The notes beneath the pieces were generated by a model. It was not told the origin of the DNA. It saw only the letters and a program-made list of their open reading frames with translations, and did no database searches. The position numbers were made by a program, and so were the translations under genes. Positions 29,946 through 37,842 of a stretch of DNA of 64,000 nt are shown one piece after another. Origin of the DNA: a phage. Within the stretch, counting starts at the first letter, position 1, and every line of letters begins with the position of its first letter. The stretch lies in sequence record PZ379177.1; one strand, written 5' to 3'.

Positions 29946-30043
29946 TGAATGTTGATTTCGTGATGTTTTTGATCATATTGGCGATAAGTTCAGTATTTGT
30001 TGTCGCTATGATCGCGCTTATTGATTGGTTGGATAAATAAATC
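29945..30043 (+). CDS. Small hydrophobic peptide (32 aa)
   Basis: ATG overlaps the upstream stop (TGATG); product MNVDFVMFLIILAISSVFVVAMIALIDWLDK. Below the track cutoff. Confidence 0.3.
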
Positions 30044-30749
30044 GTGGTTTTGGTGATTTTGGTGATTTAACCGTGAATCGTGGGTCGCTGTGGCGGCCCT
30101 TTCTTTTGCCTGCCGCGCAGGAGTGTACTGCAAATTTACTGTGGGCACAAAATAGTACGGTACTGTCCAGGACTTTTTCTTTGAAAAGTTAGTGGACCAA
30201 ATGTGTCGTATTTTGATTAGTGTACTGCAAATTCCATCAAGTAGCAAAACGCACCAAAAGACCCATGCCATAAAAACCACACGAACGCAATAATCAATCG
30301 CCGTTACAGTTTCCAGCGTTACAATTCGAAAGCGAATGATTCGATGCATAATAATATGAAGCATAATGATTCGAAAGCTAATGATTGCGTGTAGGATAAT
30401 ATCGGTGGGGATTATTCTAGATGCATGTAATTTCGCATGCGTACTATTTTCGGACGAAGGGTCGGCATATTCCTCGTTTTAGTTCGGAACGAAGGGAAAG
30501 TTTTGCGCCTTTATAAAACAATGACTTACGCGACCCGCCCTAACGGTCCGATATAGGTGTCTATATAAAACAAGGACTTACGCGATGTTCTCCATTTAAC
30601 GTAATACCCGTTATGCGAACTAAGGCGCATCTCGACGAAGATTATGCGACGACGAAGGGAAGGATAAAGGAGTTTTCGCGGAGAAGCGCATCGAGATAGG
30701 GACGAAGAAAAGCCGCGACTAAGCGCGGCCTATTAGTAACGGAAGGGTA
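30040..30749. repeat. Long non-coding repeat-rich region
   Basis: No credible ORF. Contains tandem TGGTGATTT x2, GTGTACTGCAAAT at about 30124 and 30221, AATGATTCGAAAGC-like x2, ACGAAGG x4, and TATAAAACAA(T/G)GACTTACGCGA twice (30510-30535, 30561-30587). Confidence 0.6.
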
Positions 30750-31040
30750 TTATAAGGAAACGATTTTAAAGAAAGAGTAACGGCCTTCGCCTTCGGATAC
30801 CGCGAGATATTCGCCGCCGAACTCCGTAGCAAAATAAACCTTGCCTTCGATAGTAACGCGGAAGGTAGAAATATCTTCCTCTTCGAGTTCCGTAAATTCG
30901 CTAAAATCGATAGGACTATGAAGCTCCTCGATAGTCGCATCTACGTTAAAGAGATAAACGTTTTTAAGTTTTTCGCCAAATACGTTAGAGTTTTCGGAAG
31001 TTTCGGCGCGAGCGTTACGGATAGCGGCTAAAGTAATCAT
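30750..31040 (-). CDS. Small acidic early protein B (96 aa)
   Basis: Preceded by the conserved leader ...CCCAACTAGGAGATTATTATG and promoter cassette B. Acidic product. Leu codons TTA/CTC/CTT; TG/CA dinucleotides depleted. Confidence 0.55.
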   Translation of the reverse strand: MITLAAIRNARAETSENSNVFGEKLKNVYLFNVDATIEELHSPIDFSEFTELEEEDISTFRVTIEGKVYFATEFGGEYLAVSEGEGRYSFFKIVSL

Positions 31041-31099
31041 AATAATCTCCTAGTTGGGTCGGGAGGGTAGCGACCTATTCGCTACCTCATCCCCTCTCG

Positions 31100-31137
31100 A
31101 TATAAAACATTATAGTCTTAGTGTACGAAGAAGTAAA
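31100..31137 (-). promoter_or_regulatory. Sigma70-like promoter, cassette B
   Basis: In gene sense: TTTACT - 17 nt - TATAAT, followed by TTTTATATCGAGAGGGG, a stem-loop (GTAGCGAATAGGTCGCTAC) and the conserved RBS. Confidence 0.55.
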
Positions 31138-31148
31138 GCACTTTTTCA

Positions 31149-31451
31149 TTATTCTGCGATAAAATATTTATAAGCTTTATCGCCTTCTACGTCGATATAC
31201 TCGACGATAATTAACGCTTCGCCGCGAGGCGTAACCGTCTCGATAAGGGTAACGGCTTCGTCGTCGGTCTTCGCGAAGCGGATGGCGCTACGTTCGGCAT
31301 ACTTCATATCGTCGAAGGAAAGGCCGATGAAGGCGACCGCGCGGACCTTAATGGCGCTAGATTCTAGTTCCGCGTTAACGGCGGCGATAAGAGAGCGAAC
31401 AGTTAAGCGGTCTTCGTCGTAAGTAAGGATGGAAGAGATTAAAGTAGTCAT
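31149..31451 (-). CDS. Small acidic early protein C (100 aa)
   Basis: Track ORF 31149-31508 trimmed to ATG 31451 (MTTLISSIL...), which follows the conserved GGGAGCTTTATTATG leader; preceded by promoter cassette C. Confidence 0.55.
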   Translation of the reverse strand: MTTLISSILTYDEDRLTVRSLIAAVNAELESSAIKVRAVAFIGLSFDDMKYAERSAIRFAKTDDEAVTLIETVTPRGEALIIVEYIDVEGDKAYKYFIAE

Positions 31452-31497
31452 AATAAAGCTCCCGATGCTAGTAGAAGAAAGGGCCATCGCCCGTCTC

Positions 31498-31535
31498 GAT
31501 ATAAACAAGTATACGCGAGTGTACGAAGAAGTAAA
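31498..31535 (-). promoter_or_regulatory. Sigma70-like promoter, cassette C
   Basis: In gene sense: TTTACT - 16 nt - TATACT, followed by TGTTTATATCGAGACGGG. Confidence 0.5.
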
Positions 31536-31579
31536 GAAAAAAGATAAAATAATTTATCGCATTTTTATCTAAAAAGTGC

Positions 31580-31615
31580 TTTACTTTTTTCTACACTATA
31601 TTATAATGTACTCAT
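31580..31615 (+). promoter_or_regulatory. Sigma70-like promoter, cassette A
   Basis: TTTACT (31580-31585) - 16 nt - TATAAT (31602-31607), followed by CTCATATCGGGACGGG, stem-loop GTTAACGAATAGGTCGTTAAC and CCCAACTAGGAGTTTATTATG. Confidence 0.55.
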
Positions 31616-31675
31616 ATCGGGACGGGATGAGTTAACGAATAGGTCGTTAACGCCTCTCCCAACTAGGAGTTTATT

Positions 31676-31990
31676 ATGGCTATCGTTACCCGCTTTACCC
31701 TCGAAAACGCAACCGCCGAAGTCCAGGGCGTTACGCTTACTTACGGCGAAATTCTCGCTAAATTCTCCGGCGTTCGCTTAGGCGAAGAAATTAACGACGC
31801 GACGGTAATCGAGCAACTCGCTGCTTCTCGCTTAGAGCGCGACGAAAACGGATTCTTCGAAGTCGATGCGGAATTAAATTTATGCGGTAAAACGGCGTTT
31901 ATTAACGAGTTCGAACTCGCCGTTTTAGTTAATTACGATAGCAAAGCTTACGCCTTCGCCCTCGAATTAATCGAAGACGACGAAGAGTAA
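31676..31990 (+). CDS. Small strongly acidic early protein A (104 aa), DNA-mimic-like candidate
   Basis: First gene after promoter cassette A. Product has many Glu/Asp and ends ELIEDDEE. No CTG or TTG Leu codons. Confidence 0.55.
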   Translation: MAIVTRFTLENATAEVQGVTLTYGEILAKFSGVRLGEEINDATVIEQLAASRLERDENGFFEVDAELNLCGKTAFINEFELAVLVNYDSKAYAFALELIEDDEE

Positions 31991-32070
31991 GAGAGGATTT
32001 TTAGAGCGTCGTGCGCGGCGCTTTAATAAAATTCTTTCGCGCCTAGCGCCCTAACAAATAGGAGTTTATT

Positions 32071-32697
32071 ATGGTTAGCTTAAATCGCTTTTCTACTAGC
32101 GGCGACGTTATCGCAACTAAGACCGCCGACCTCGTTGCATTCTATAATGCAAATTCCGGCTCAAAACCGATTAAGAAGTTTGCGGACCGCCGGACCGCCG
32201 AGACTCGCGTAATCGCGTTAATCGAGTCCTTAAACGCGCTCGATGCGCCGTCCAACGAGTCGCCCATCCCCGACGCGAAGGCGCGCGAGGAAGTGTCCAG
32301 CGATGTAAAAACTCATAAGGCGCGTGCGGTCGTTAAAAAGGCTGAGCCGACCCAGGAAGAACTCGACGCGATGACCGACGAAGAATATGAAGCCTTCGTT
32401 AAGAGCGGTTTAAATGATAGTGCAAATTGCGTAGTGCAAAATGGAACTCCTTCCCATCGCCGTTCGAATAGCGAAGGTATTGCAAAAAGCTGGGATAATA
32501 AGGAAGTGGCGCAAAAGCGTCTCACCCGTAACGGTGTCATGGTCGAGGGTGTAGGCGAGTTCAAATCGGTCCGCGTAGCGTTCGCTGCGCTGGGATTACC
32601 GGATAGCAAGCACATTCGCTTCCGCATGAAGCTTAAGGAAGCTGGGCGCTTGAACTTCGAGTTCGGCAACAAGTCCTACACCTTCCAGATTATCTAA
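32071..32697 (+). CDS. Hypothetical protein
   Basis: 208 aa; RBS context AATAGGAGTTTATTATG resembles cassette A. Contains two in-frame TAGTGCAAA repeat copies. Confidence 0.55.
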   Translation: MVSLNRFSTSGDVIATKTADLVAFYNANSGSKPIKKFADRRTAETRVIALIESLNALDAPSNESPIPDAKAREEVSSDVKTHKARAVVKKAEPTQEELDAMTDEEYEAFVKSGLNDSANCVVQNGTPSHRRSNSEGIAKSWDNKEVAQKRLTRNGVMVEGVGEFKSVRVAFAALGLPDSKHIRFRMKLKEAGRLNFEFGNKSYTFQII

Positions 32698-32747
32698 TAG
32701 AATGGCGGCCCTTCGGGGTCGCTTTTCATAGTGCAAATTGGTGGCTT

Positions 32748-33011
32748 ATGAATACGCTCATTCTCATCGCTACGTTATCCATCGGAAGTGGTCGCACCTT
32801 ATCCCTTTACGACCATAGTGCAAATTGCGCTTATCCTACGCGCGTTGCGGCGATAGTTAATAGTGCAAATAAGATGCTATTCGAGACTTGCTGGCGGGTC
32901 GATAACGAGAAAGGTCGGGTAGTCTTAGGTTATAGTGCAAATCTGCTGGTGGAGTCGTTCGATTGGACGGTTGAAGGTCGTAAATTGTTACGGAAAGTGA
33001 CTAAAAGATGA
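32748..33011 (+). CDS. Hypothetical protein (iteron-encoded SAN repeats)
   Basis: 87-aa ORF. Three in-frame TAGTGCAAA copies give HSANC, NSANK and YSANL. Could be a reading frame imposed by the repeats rather than a functional protein. Confidence 0.4.
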   Translation: MNTLILIATLSIGSGRTLSLYDHSANCAYPTRVAAIVNSANKMLFETCWRVDNEKGRVVLGYSANLLVESFDWTVEGRKLLRKVTKR

Positions 33012-33125
33012 CTTATAATAATACACTTTCTAACGCGTTTATGGTTGTAACCTTCCCCGTCGTATTACCGATGGCCCTAGAAGTGGAGAAAATGTGTTCT
33101 AGGGCCGTTTTATAGTGCAAATTGG

Positions 33126-33614
33126 CTAGTGGCGGGAGAATTGCTCACCTTCTTTGGCCGCCTCTCCAAAATCCTTGTAGAAATCGTCCATGGAACGGCC
33201 CATTTTACTATTGCCGTTTTCATCAATCATCGTGATGCCGTAGATGATATTCAGTTCACGAATAGCATTAAGTTTGGCTGACGCCGCGACTTCTGGATCA
33301 CGCACAAGCTTGACCAAATTGTGAATTGCACCTTTTACGCTCCACAAATCCTTGAGTGGCATCTCTTCCATACGCTTTTTGAAGCGCATCTTGTAGTATG
33401 GATTGCGTTGCGCGCAAAGGATTCGCTGGCCAGTGTAGTTATCCGTTGCAACTTCCATTCCAAATACTAGTGCAAAAGCTGCGCGCATGTCATGGCCCTG
33501 AATAACAAGGTCAATGAACTCATCGAATAAAGCCTGATTGTGCTCTGCAAATCGCGGGTCTTCAAAGTCTTCAGGCATCGCTACATAATCTTGACTCATA
33601 GTGCAAAATCCCAT
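33126..33614 (-). CDS. Hypothetical protein, possible helix-turn-helix DNA-binding protein
   Basis: 162-aa ORF whose start codon lies within an iteron copy (reverse complement TTTGCACTATG). A small-terminase-like role is speculative. Confidence 0.45.
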   Translation of the reverse strand: MGFCTMSQDYVAMPEDFEDPRFAEHNQALFDEFIDLVIQGHDMRAAFALVFGMEVATDNYTGQRILCAQRNPYYKMRFKKRMEEMPLKDLWSVKGAIHNLVKLVRDPEVAASAKLNAIRELNIIYGITMIDENGNSKMGRSMDDFYKDFGEAAKEGEQFSRH

Positions 33615-33699
33615 AGTGCAAATTAATAGTGTGAATTATACAATGGATGGACATTATATTCAAGTGCAGATTGATGTTCATTATGGCTATAAACGTACA

Positions 33700-34110
33700 C
33701 AAATCATAGTGCTGAATGGATAACGGACCGTGGTGCGTGGTGTACTGTTTGATACGGATAAAAGAAATCCATCCCTTTCGCCGCTTGTTATGCAAATCAA
33801 TGACTTAGCCGCTGCTGGCTGGTTTAAGCGTATCATGACGTATCATCCGTATTGCCGCAAGTCTTTGTTTTTACTTATATCTTACGGATAATACGTTAAA
33901 TATATAAATTAACATAAGTATGAGGATGTAGAAAAAAAATTAATTTAAATTAATTCAAAATGGAGTTAATTAATTTTTGAAATAATTCTGGTTACAATAA
34001 GGAAAAATGGCGTATCATCCGTATCATCCGTAAGATTCAGTGTACAAATCCAGGCGCGGCGCACCCTAGCGCCATGATACGGATAAAAACCTATCCGTAA
34101 GAGTGTACGC
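33700..34110. repeat. TACGGAT-family repeat module, copy 2
   Basis: About 8 direct and inverted copies of GATACGGAT/ATCCGTATC flanking an AT-rich core (GAAAAAAAATTAATTTAAATTAATTC...). Shares the exact 29-mer CGTATCATCCGTATCATCCGTAAGATTC with the module at 18.2 kb. Confidence 0.75.
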
Positions 34111-34415
34111 TTCAATTAAAGAATCCAGGCGCGGCGCGGCTTTCACCACCACACACCACGGTTCACTCTCCAAAATCCGCACACTAAATTCCAAAATCCA
34201 ATGCTCATACTCCAAAAATAAATCCAAATTTCCATTTTATTTATTATTTTCATCCACAATATACTAAATTCTATCCGTATTAACCACGACTCAACCCACC
34301 ACGATTCATGCCAATCACTTCAAAATTTCCATCGAAAACGACAAAAGGCCGCGTAAAGCGACCAATTGCACACATTCCATTATTCAAAACACGTAAACGA
34401 GTGTTCTTTTATCCA

Positions 34416-34955
34416 CTATAATTTAGGCATCAATCCCTTTTCCGTTCTCCTTTTTATCTCGTCTTCTATCATTTTATTGGTCACTCTATAGCCAATCCTT
34501 TCCAATTCCATTAATACTTCCTTTTGGTATTTTCTTATTTTCACAATGTCAACCGTATCCCTCCAATAAGATAATACCTTCTTAATGACTGACTTTTCCA
34601 TTTTATATCTGGCGGTAGTCATATACTTCATTTTAAAAATAGAGTTGATCGCATCAGTCTTTAACCATTCCTTTCTTAATTCAGGATGATCATTCCAAAG
34701 AGTAATGGCGAACTCCTGCGGACTTTTGCACCTGCTTTGAAGCTCCTTTATATAGTCAGCCGTTTTTACTTTTCTATCTAAACGCGCGCGGCAAACGGTG
34801 CACTCTTCCTTGAGCAACCAATCGGCCTTCTTATCAATTTGCAAAGTTGAATTGCCATCCCTTTTATACCTGCCGCAAAAGCTTATGCCTTCATCTTTTA
34901 AGAAGTAATGCAACTCTTTAGAGTATTTCGCTTTACGCCAAAAGCCTCCCATCAC
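34416..34955 (-). CDS. Hypothetical early protein
   Basis: 179-aa ORF; Cys-containing, basic. Confidence 0.5.
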   Translation of the reverse strand: MMGGFWRKAKYSKELHYFLKDEGISFCGRYKRDGNSTLQIDKKADWLLKEECTVCRARLDRKVKTADYIKELQSRCKSPQEFAITLWNDHPELRKEWLKTDAINSIFKMKYMTTARYKMEKSVIKKVLSYWRDTVDIVKIRKYQKEVLMELERIGYRVTNKMIEDEIKRRTEKGLMPKL

Positions 34956-35521
34956 CCCTCCTTAACTACCCGATAAGCAACAACGTCCCAAGCTTCTCCG
35001 TGGTGATCCCAATGCAAAACACTCGAGTGAATTTGATCATTGCCACGTTCGCCGTTACGCATTTTGAATTCAACCATTTCCCCAGGCACCGGATTATCGC
35101 CACCAAACCACACGGTCCACGCTTCCTCCTTCGGCGCATCAGAATCCACGCCTATAGTAGCAACGACGTCATGCAACTGCTTAACGAGCGCCGACGCATC
35201 ACGGACTTGTGAGCGTAATGCAACCAACTCGCGTTGCACTTCACTGTATTTCGCTTCCAGCGCGGCATAATCAGCAAACTTCACATATGAACCAGAGGTG
35301 TCATCACCCTCTGTATTGAGCCATGCATCATTGCAGTTTACTGCATACGTTTTAACTTCACCGCATTTCGGCTCAAGCGCGACGCGACTTTTTACTTCAC
35401 TGTATTTCGCTTCCAGCGCGGCATAGTCCTCATATTCAACATAGCCGCCTTCATCATCCTTTACAACTTCGCATGTGCAAGCGTGCTGCGTGCAATAATC
35501 AACATCATAACGTTGTATCAT
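34952..35521 (-). CDS. Hypothetical early protein with internal tandem duplication
   Basis: 189 aa; contains YEDYAALEAKYSEVK and FADYAALEAKYSEVQ, encoded by a 30-bp exact DNA repeat. Confidence 0.5.
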   Translation of the reverse strand: MIQRYDVDYCTQHACTCEVVKDDEGGYVEYEDYAALEAKYSEVKSRVALEPKCGEVKTYAVNCNDAWLNTEGDDTSGSYVKFADYAALEAKYSEVQRELVALRSQVRDASALVKQLHDVVATIGVDSDAPKEEAWTVWFGGDNPVPGEMVEFKMRNGERGNDQIHSSVLHWDHHGEAWDVVAYRVVKEG

Positions 35522-35738
35522 TTAACTTCTCCAAAATTTCGATGGCGATTTGTGTTTGCTTCTCAAGAGCAAGACGCAACATGTCAATTTGCAAGTCACG
35601 GTGGGCCAGTTCAGCGGCGATGTCTGACTTGCGGTAAAGTCCTTCATGAGTCATGGCATAGATGTGGCGCGTATAATAGCCGCCCTCGTCGAGTTGCTCG
35701 ATGTCACGTTGCCCGACTGCGTATTGTTTATCGGTCAT
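35505..35738 (-). CDS. Hypothetical early protein
   Basis: 77-aa ORF overlapping its neighbour. Confidence 0.4.
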   Translation of the reverse strand: MTDKQYAVGQRDIEQLDEGGYYTRHIYAMTHEGLYRKSDIAAELAHRDLQIDMLRLALEKQTQIAIEILEKLNDTTL

Positions 35739-35791
35739 GATGCATCCTTAGTTGGATAAAATTTAGGATTGGCCTTGTAGAATGCTTTGAG

Positions 35792-36067
35792 TCATGCCTT
35801 TGCTTCGGCAATGCTGCTGAACTCTTCCTTGGAGAGTCCGGTGCGGTCCTCGCCTGCGACCTTGAAATGGATGCGCACCTTGAGCCGAAGGTTGGTTGCT
35901 CTCGCGTAGTGGCCTTCATAGCCGTGATGGTCTAGGCTTACGATTGCGGCGAGAAGCTCGCAATCTTCTTTATCTGGATTGCCGCTGTAACAAGTCGGCC
36001 AGCCGCGACGTTGGAATGACCTGTATGAGCCTGTTGGCTCAGGGTCCACGTACCATTTCAATTTCAT
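35792..36067 (-). CDS. Hypothetical early protein
   Basis: 91-aa ORF. Confidence 0.4.
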   Translation of the reverse strand: MKLKWYVDPEPTGSYRSFQRRGWPTCYSGNPDKEDCELLAAIVSLDHHGYEGHYARATNLRLKVRIHFKVAGEDRTGLSKEEFSSIAEAKA

Positions 36068-36387
36068 TCAAATTTCTCCGTTTCTTTAATACACTGTAAT
36101 ACTTCTTCAAGGCCGACTTCAACTTGAACATTGCTTTGACGCATCTCATCAATGAAGTCATCTTCACAGCGTATCGGGTTGTGCATTGTTGATATTTCAA
36201 ATACCTCGACGTGACTTACCAAAGGCAGAAGGTGCTTCCTTACTAGTTTGATCAAAACATCGTGGGAGTCTTTGTCTTTTAATTCTGATTCAATATTGTT
36301 TTCTTCACAGAAAAGTGACACGATGTCACCATCCATGAATCCGAACTTAGATGCAAGCGAACGCGCCTGCAAGTTAAGAGTTTTCAT
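36064..36387 (-). CDS. Hypothetical early protein
   Basis: 107-aa ORF; stop/start overlap with neighbours. Confidence 0.5.
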   Translation of the reverse strand: MKTLNLQARSLASKFGFMDGDIVSLFCEENNIESELKDKDSHDVLIKLVRKHLLPLVSHVEVFEISTMHNPIRCEDDFIDEMRQSNVQVEVGLEEVLQCIKETEKFE

Positions 36388-36782
36388 TTGACCTTCTCCA
36401 ATTGGAATCTCGCTTCTGGAAAGCCTGCGACAAACATGTCACGGCCCTCGACATCACGCTTCACGAACCAACGCATCCCGTTGACGACCGTGAAGACAAT
36501 TTGCCTTCCATCAATAATAAGTCCTTTTGCCTCATAAAGCAAATAAGTCTGCCCGACTTTGAAGCTTAACATATCCTTGCTTGTGCTGGTGCACTTAAGC
36601 CGCCACTGGGTGAGATTGGATTCGCTTGCCTCGATGTCAACAACCTTACCGCGCAGCAGCGATGTGCGCTGAAGCTCTTGCATTTGCTCGTCGAACGTTA
36701 GCTCACGGCCTTCTTGCTCTTCCATTATTCCTCCACGACGCGATGATAGACATTCTTGCGCCGCTTTGCCTTGTACAGACAA
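36384..36782 (-). CDS. Hypothetical early protein
   Basis: 132-aa ORF. Confidence 0.5.
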   Translation of the reverse strand: MSVQGKAAQECLSSRRGGIMEEQEGRELTFDEQMQELQRTSLLRGKVVDIEASESNLTQWRLKCTSTSKDMLSFKVGQTYLLYEAKGLIIDGRQIVFTVVNGMRWFVKRDVEGRDMFVAGFPEARFQLEKVK

Positions 36783-36869
36783 CGGTCGCCGCTGCGGTTG
36801 TAGATGTTAAGCCAGGTGCGCTTACTAATCTTATATGGCACATGCGGCTTGATGAATAACAAACGGGCT

Positions 36870-37163
36870 TTAAGATTGGATGTCATAATATTTACCTCCA
36901 GCCATATTTTCTTTAATCTCTTTTAATGCCGCGCGACCTGCTTTTGTCATCACCACGGATGAATAGCGCGTCGGGTCTTTCTCCCCTGGCACCGCCCAAT
37001 CAACAAGGCCCAACCGGAATAAGACAGGGATTGATGGCGCATTGATGTCGTGAAACAGTGATGGCCGCTTTTCATAAGCCTTCTTGCGGTCGCCGCGCAG
37101 CATGTATGGCGTTCCGTCTTCCATCCGGTACAATGTTTGAATTTGCGCTAGACTTAGTCTCAT
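36870..37163 (-). CDS. Hypothetical early protein
   Basis: 97-aa ORF. Confidence 0.45.
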   Translation of the reverse strand: MRLSLAQIQTLYRMEDGTPYMLRGDRKKAYEKRPSLFHDINAPSIPVLFRLGLVDWAVPGEKDPTRYSSVVMTKAGRAALKEIKENMAGGKYYDIQS

Positions 37164-37465
37164 AGCTCCCCTCCAAACGTTGCAACACGGATGCCGCGCC
37201 GCTCGAACGTTAACATTGGGTTAAGGCCGTCAGCGCAAGTGATGAACAAATCATCAACGATAAGCTCATATCCGCCGACGTAAAGGATGAATGTGTCATC
37301 GCTGTTCTTCAACAGCATTATGGCAGCAATTCCGTTTTTGTTATTATTGAATCCGTGCACCGTCACCTCACCGACTTGCCTTTCAGTAAAGGTTTTAATG
37401 GCACCACAGTTCACGGCTTCTTGCAAAGCGTTCAAAATCTTTTTCTTCATCGCTTCGGTACTCAT
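37160..37465 (-). CDS. Hypothetical early protein
   Basis: 101-aa ORF. Confidence 0.5.
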   Translation of the reverse strand: MSTEAMKKKILNALQEAVNCGAIKTFTERQVGEVTVHGFNNNKNGIAAIMLLKNSDDTFILYVGGYELIVDDLFITCADGLNPMLTFERRGIRVATFGGEL

Positions 37466-37824
37466 AGCTCACCCTCTTTAAAAACAAAGCCGCTGATAAC
37501 AGATTGATAGTAGTTCACGCCGCGCACCTCTACAACCTTGCAGCGATGGGCCTGGCCCTTATGTTCTATCCACCAGACTTCCATATCAGGCAAGTTGTTG
37601 CGACGCGTCAACCAGCCGTGAAACAGCTTGTATGTTTCGCCGACCTTAAAAGGTTTCAGCGTACCGTAAGAATCAACCTTGAATGCGCAGACAACATCTT
37701 TGCTGTCTTTGTGCACCGCGTCATGAAATAATCCGCTTCTGCCAAACCTTTCGTCGTAACTCATAATCATTTCTCCTTTGCTTGATGAACTAAGTATAAT
37801 ACAGACAAATAAAAAGGCAAGCAT
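37462..37824 (-). CDS. Hypothetical early protein
   Basis: 120-aa ORF; true start may be internal (MIMSYDERF...). Confidence 0.45.
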   Translation of the reverse strand: MLAFLFVCIILSSSSKGEMIMSYDERFGRSGLFHDAVHKDSKDVVCAFKVDSYGTLKPFKVGETYKLFHGWLTRRNNLPDMEVWWIEHKGQAHRCKVVEVRGVNYYQSVISGFVFKEGEL

Positions 37825-37842
37825 TTAGCTCACCTTTTTGAA

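Larger units (their letters stand above)
32418..33636 (+). repeat. Same-orientation iteron array, consensus (C/T)ATAGTGCAAAT
   Basis: Ten exact TAGTGCAAA copies at about 32418, 32432, 32729, 32816, 32861, 32933, 33113, 33468, 33600 and 33615, plus a degenerate copy at about 33628. They span two plus-strand ORFs, an intergenic gap and the start of a minus-strand ORF. Confidence 0.8.

Noticed and set aside
29990-30364. 124-aa minus-strand ORF in the non-coding repeat region
   Set aside because: No RBS; it spans repeat-rich DNA, has an implausible hydrophobic product and conflicts with the surrounding gene orientation.
33126-33614. Confident call of a terminase small subunit
   Set aside because: There is only a vague helix-turn-helix-like N-terminal resemblance, and the gene lies about 10 kb from the large terminase. 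Kept as a hypothesis linked to the iteron array.
18040-34110. CRISPR array as an explanation for the TACGGAT and TAGTGCAAA repeats
   Set aside because: The repeats are short (9-13 bp), irregularly spaced, partly inverted and partly inside coding sequence. There are no 25-40 bp direct repeats with uniform spacers and no cas genes.
30040-34400. tRNA genes in the long non-coding regions
   Set aside because: No cloverleaf-compatible segment with a T-loop (GTTCGAATC-like) or D-loop signature was seen by eye. A proper covariance search was not possible, so absence is not proven.
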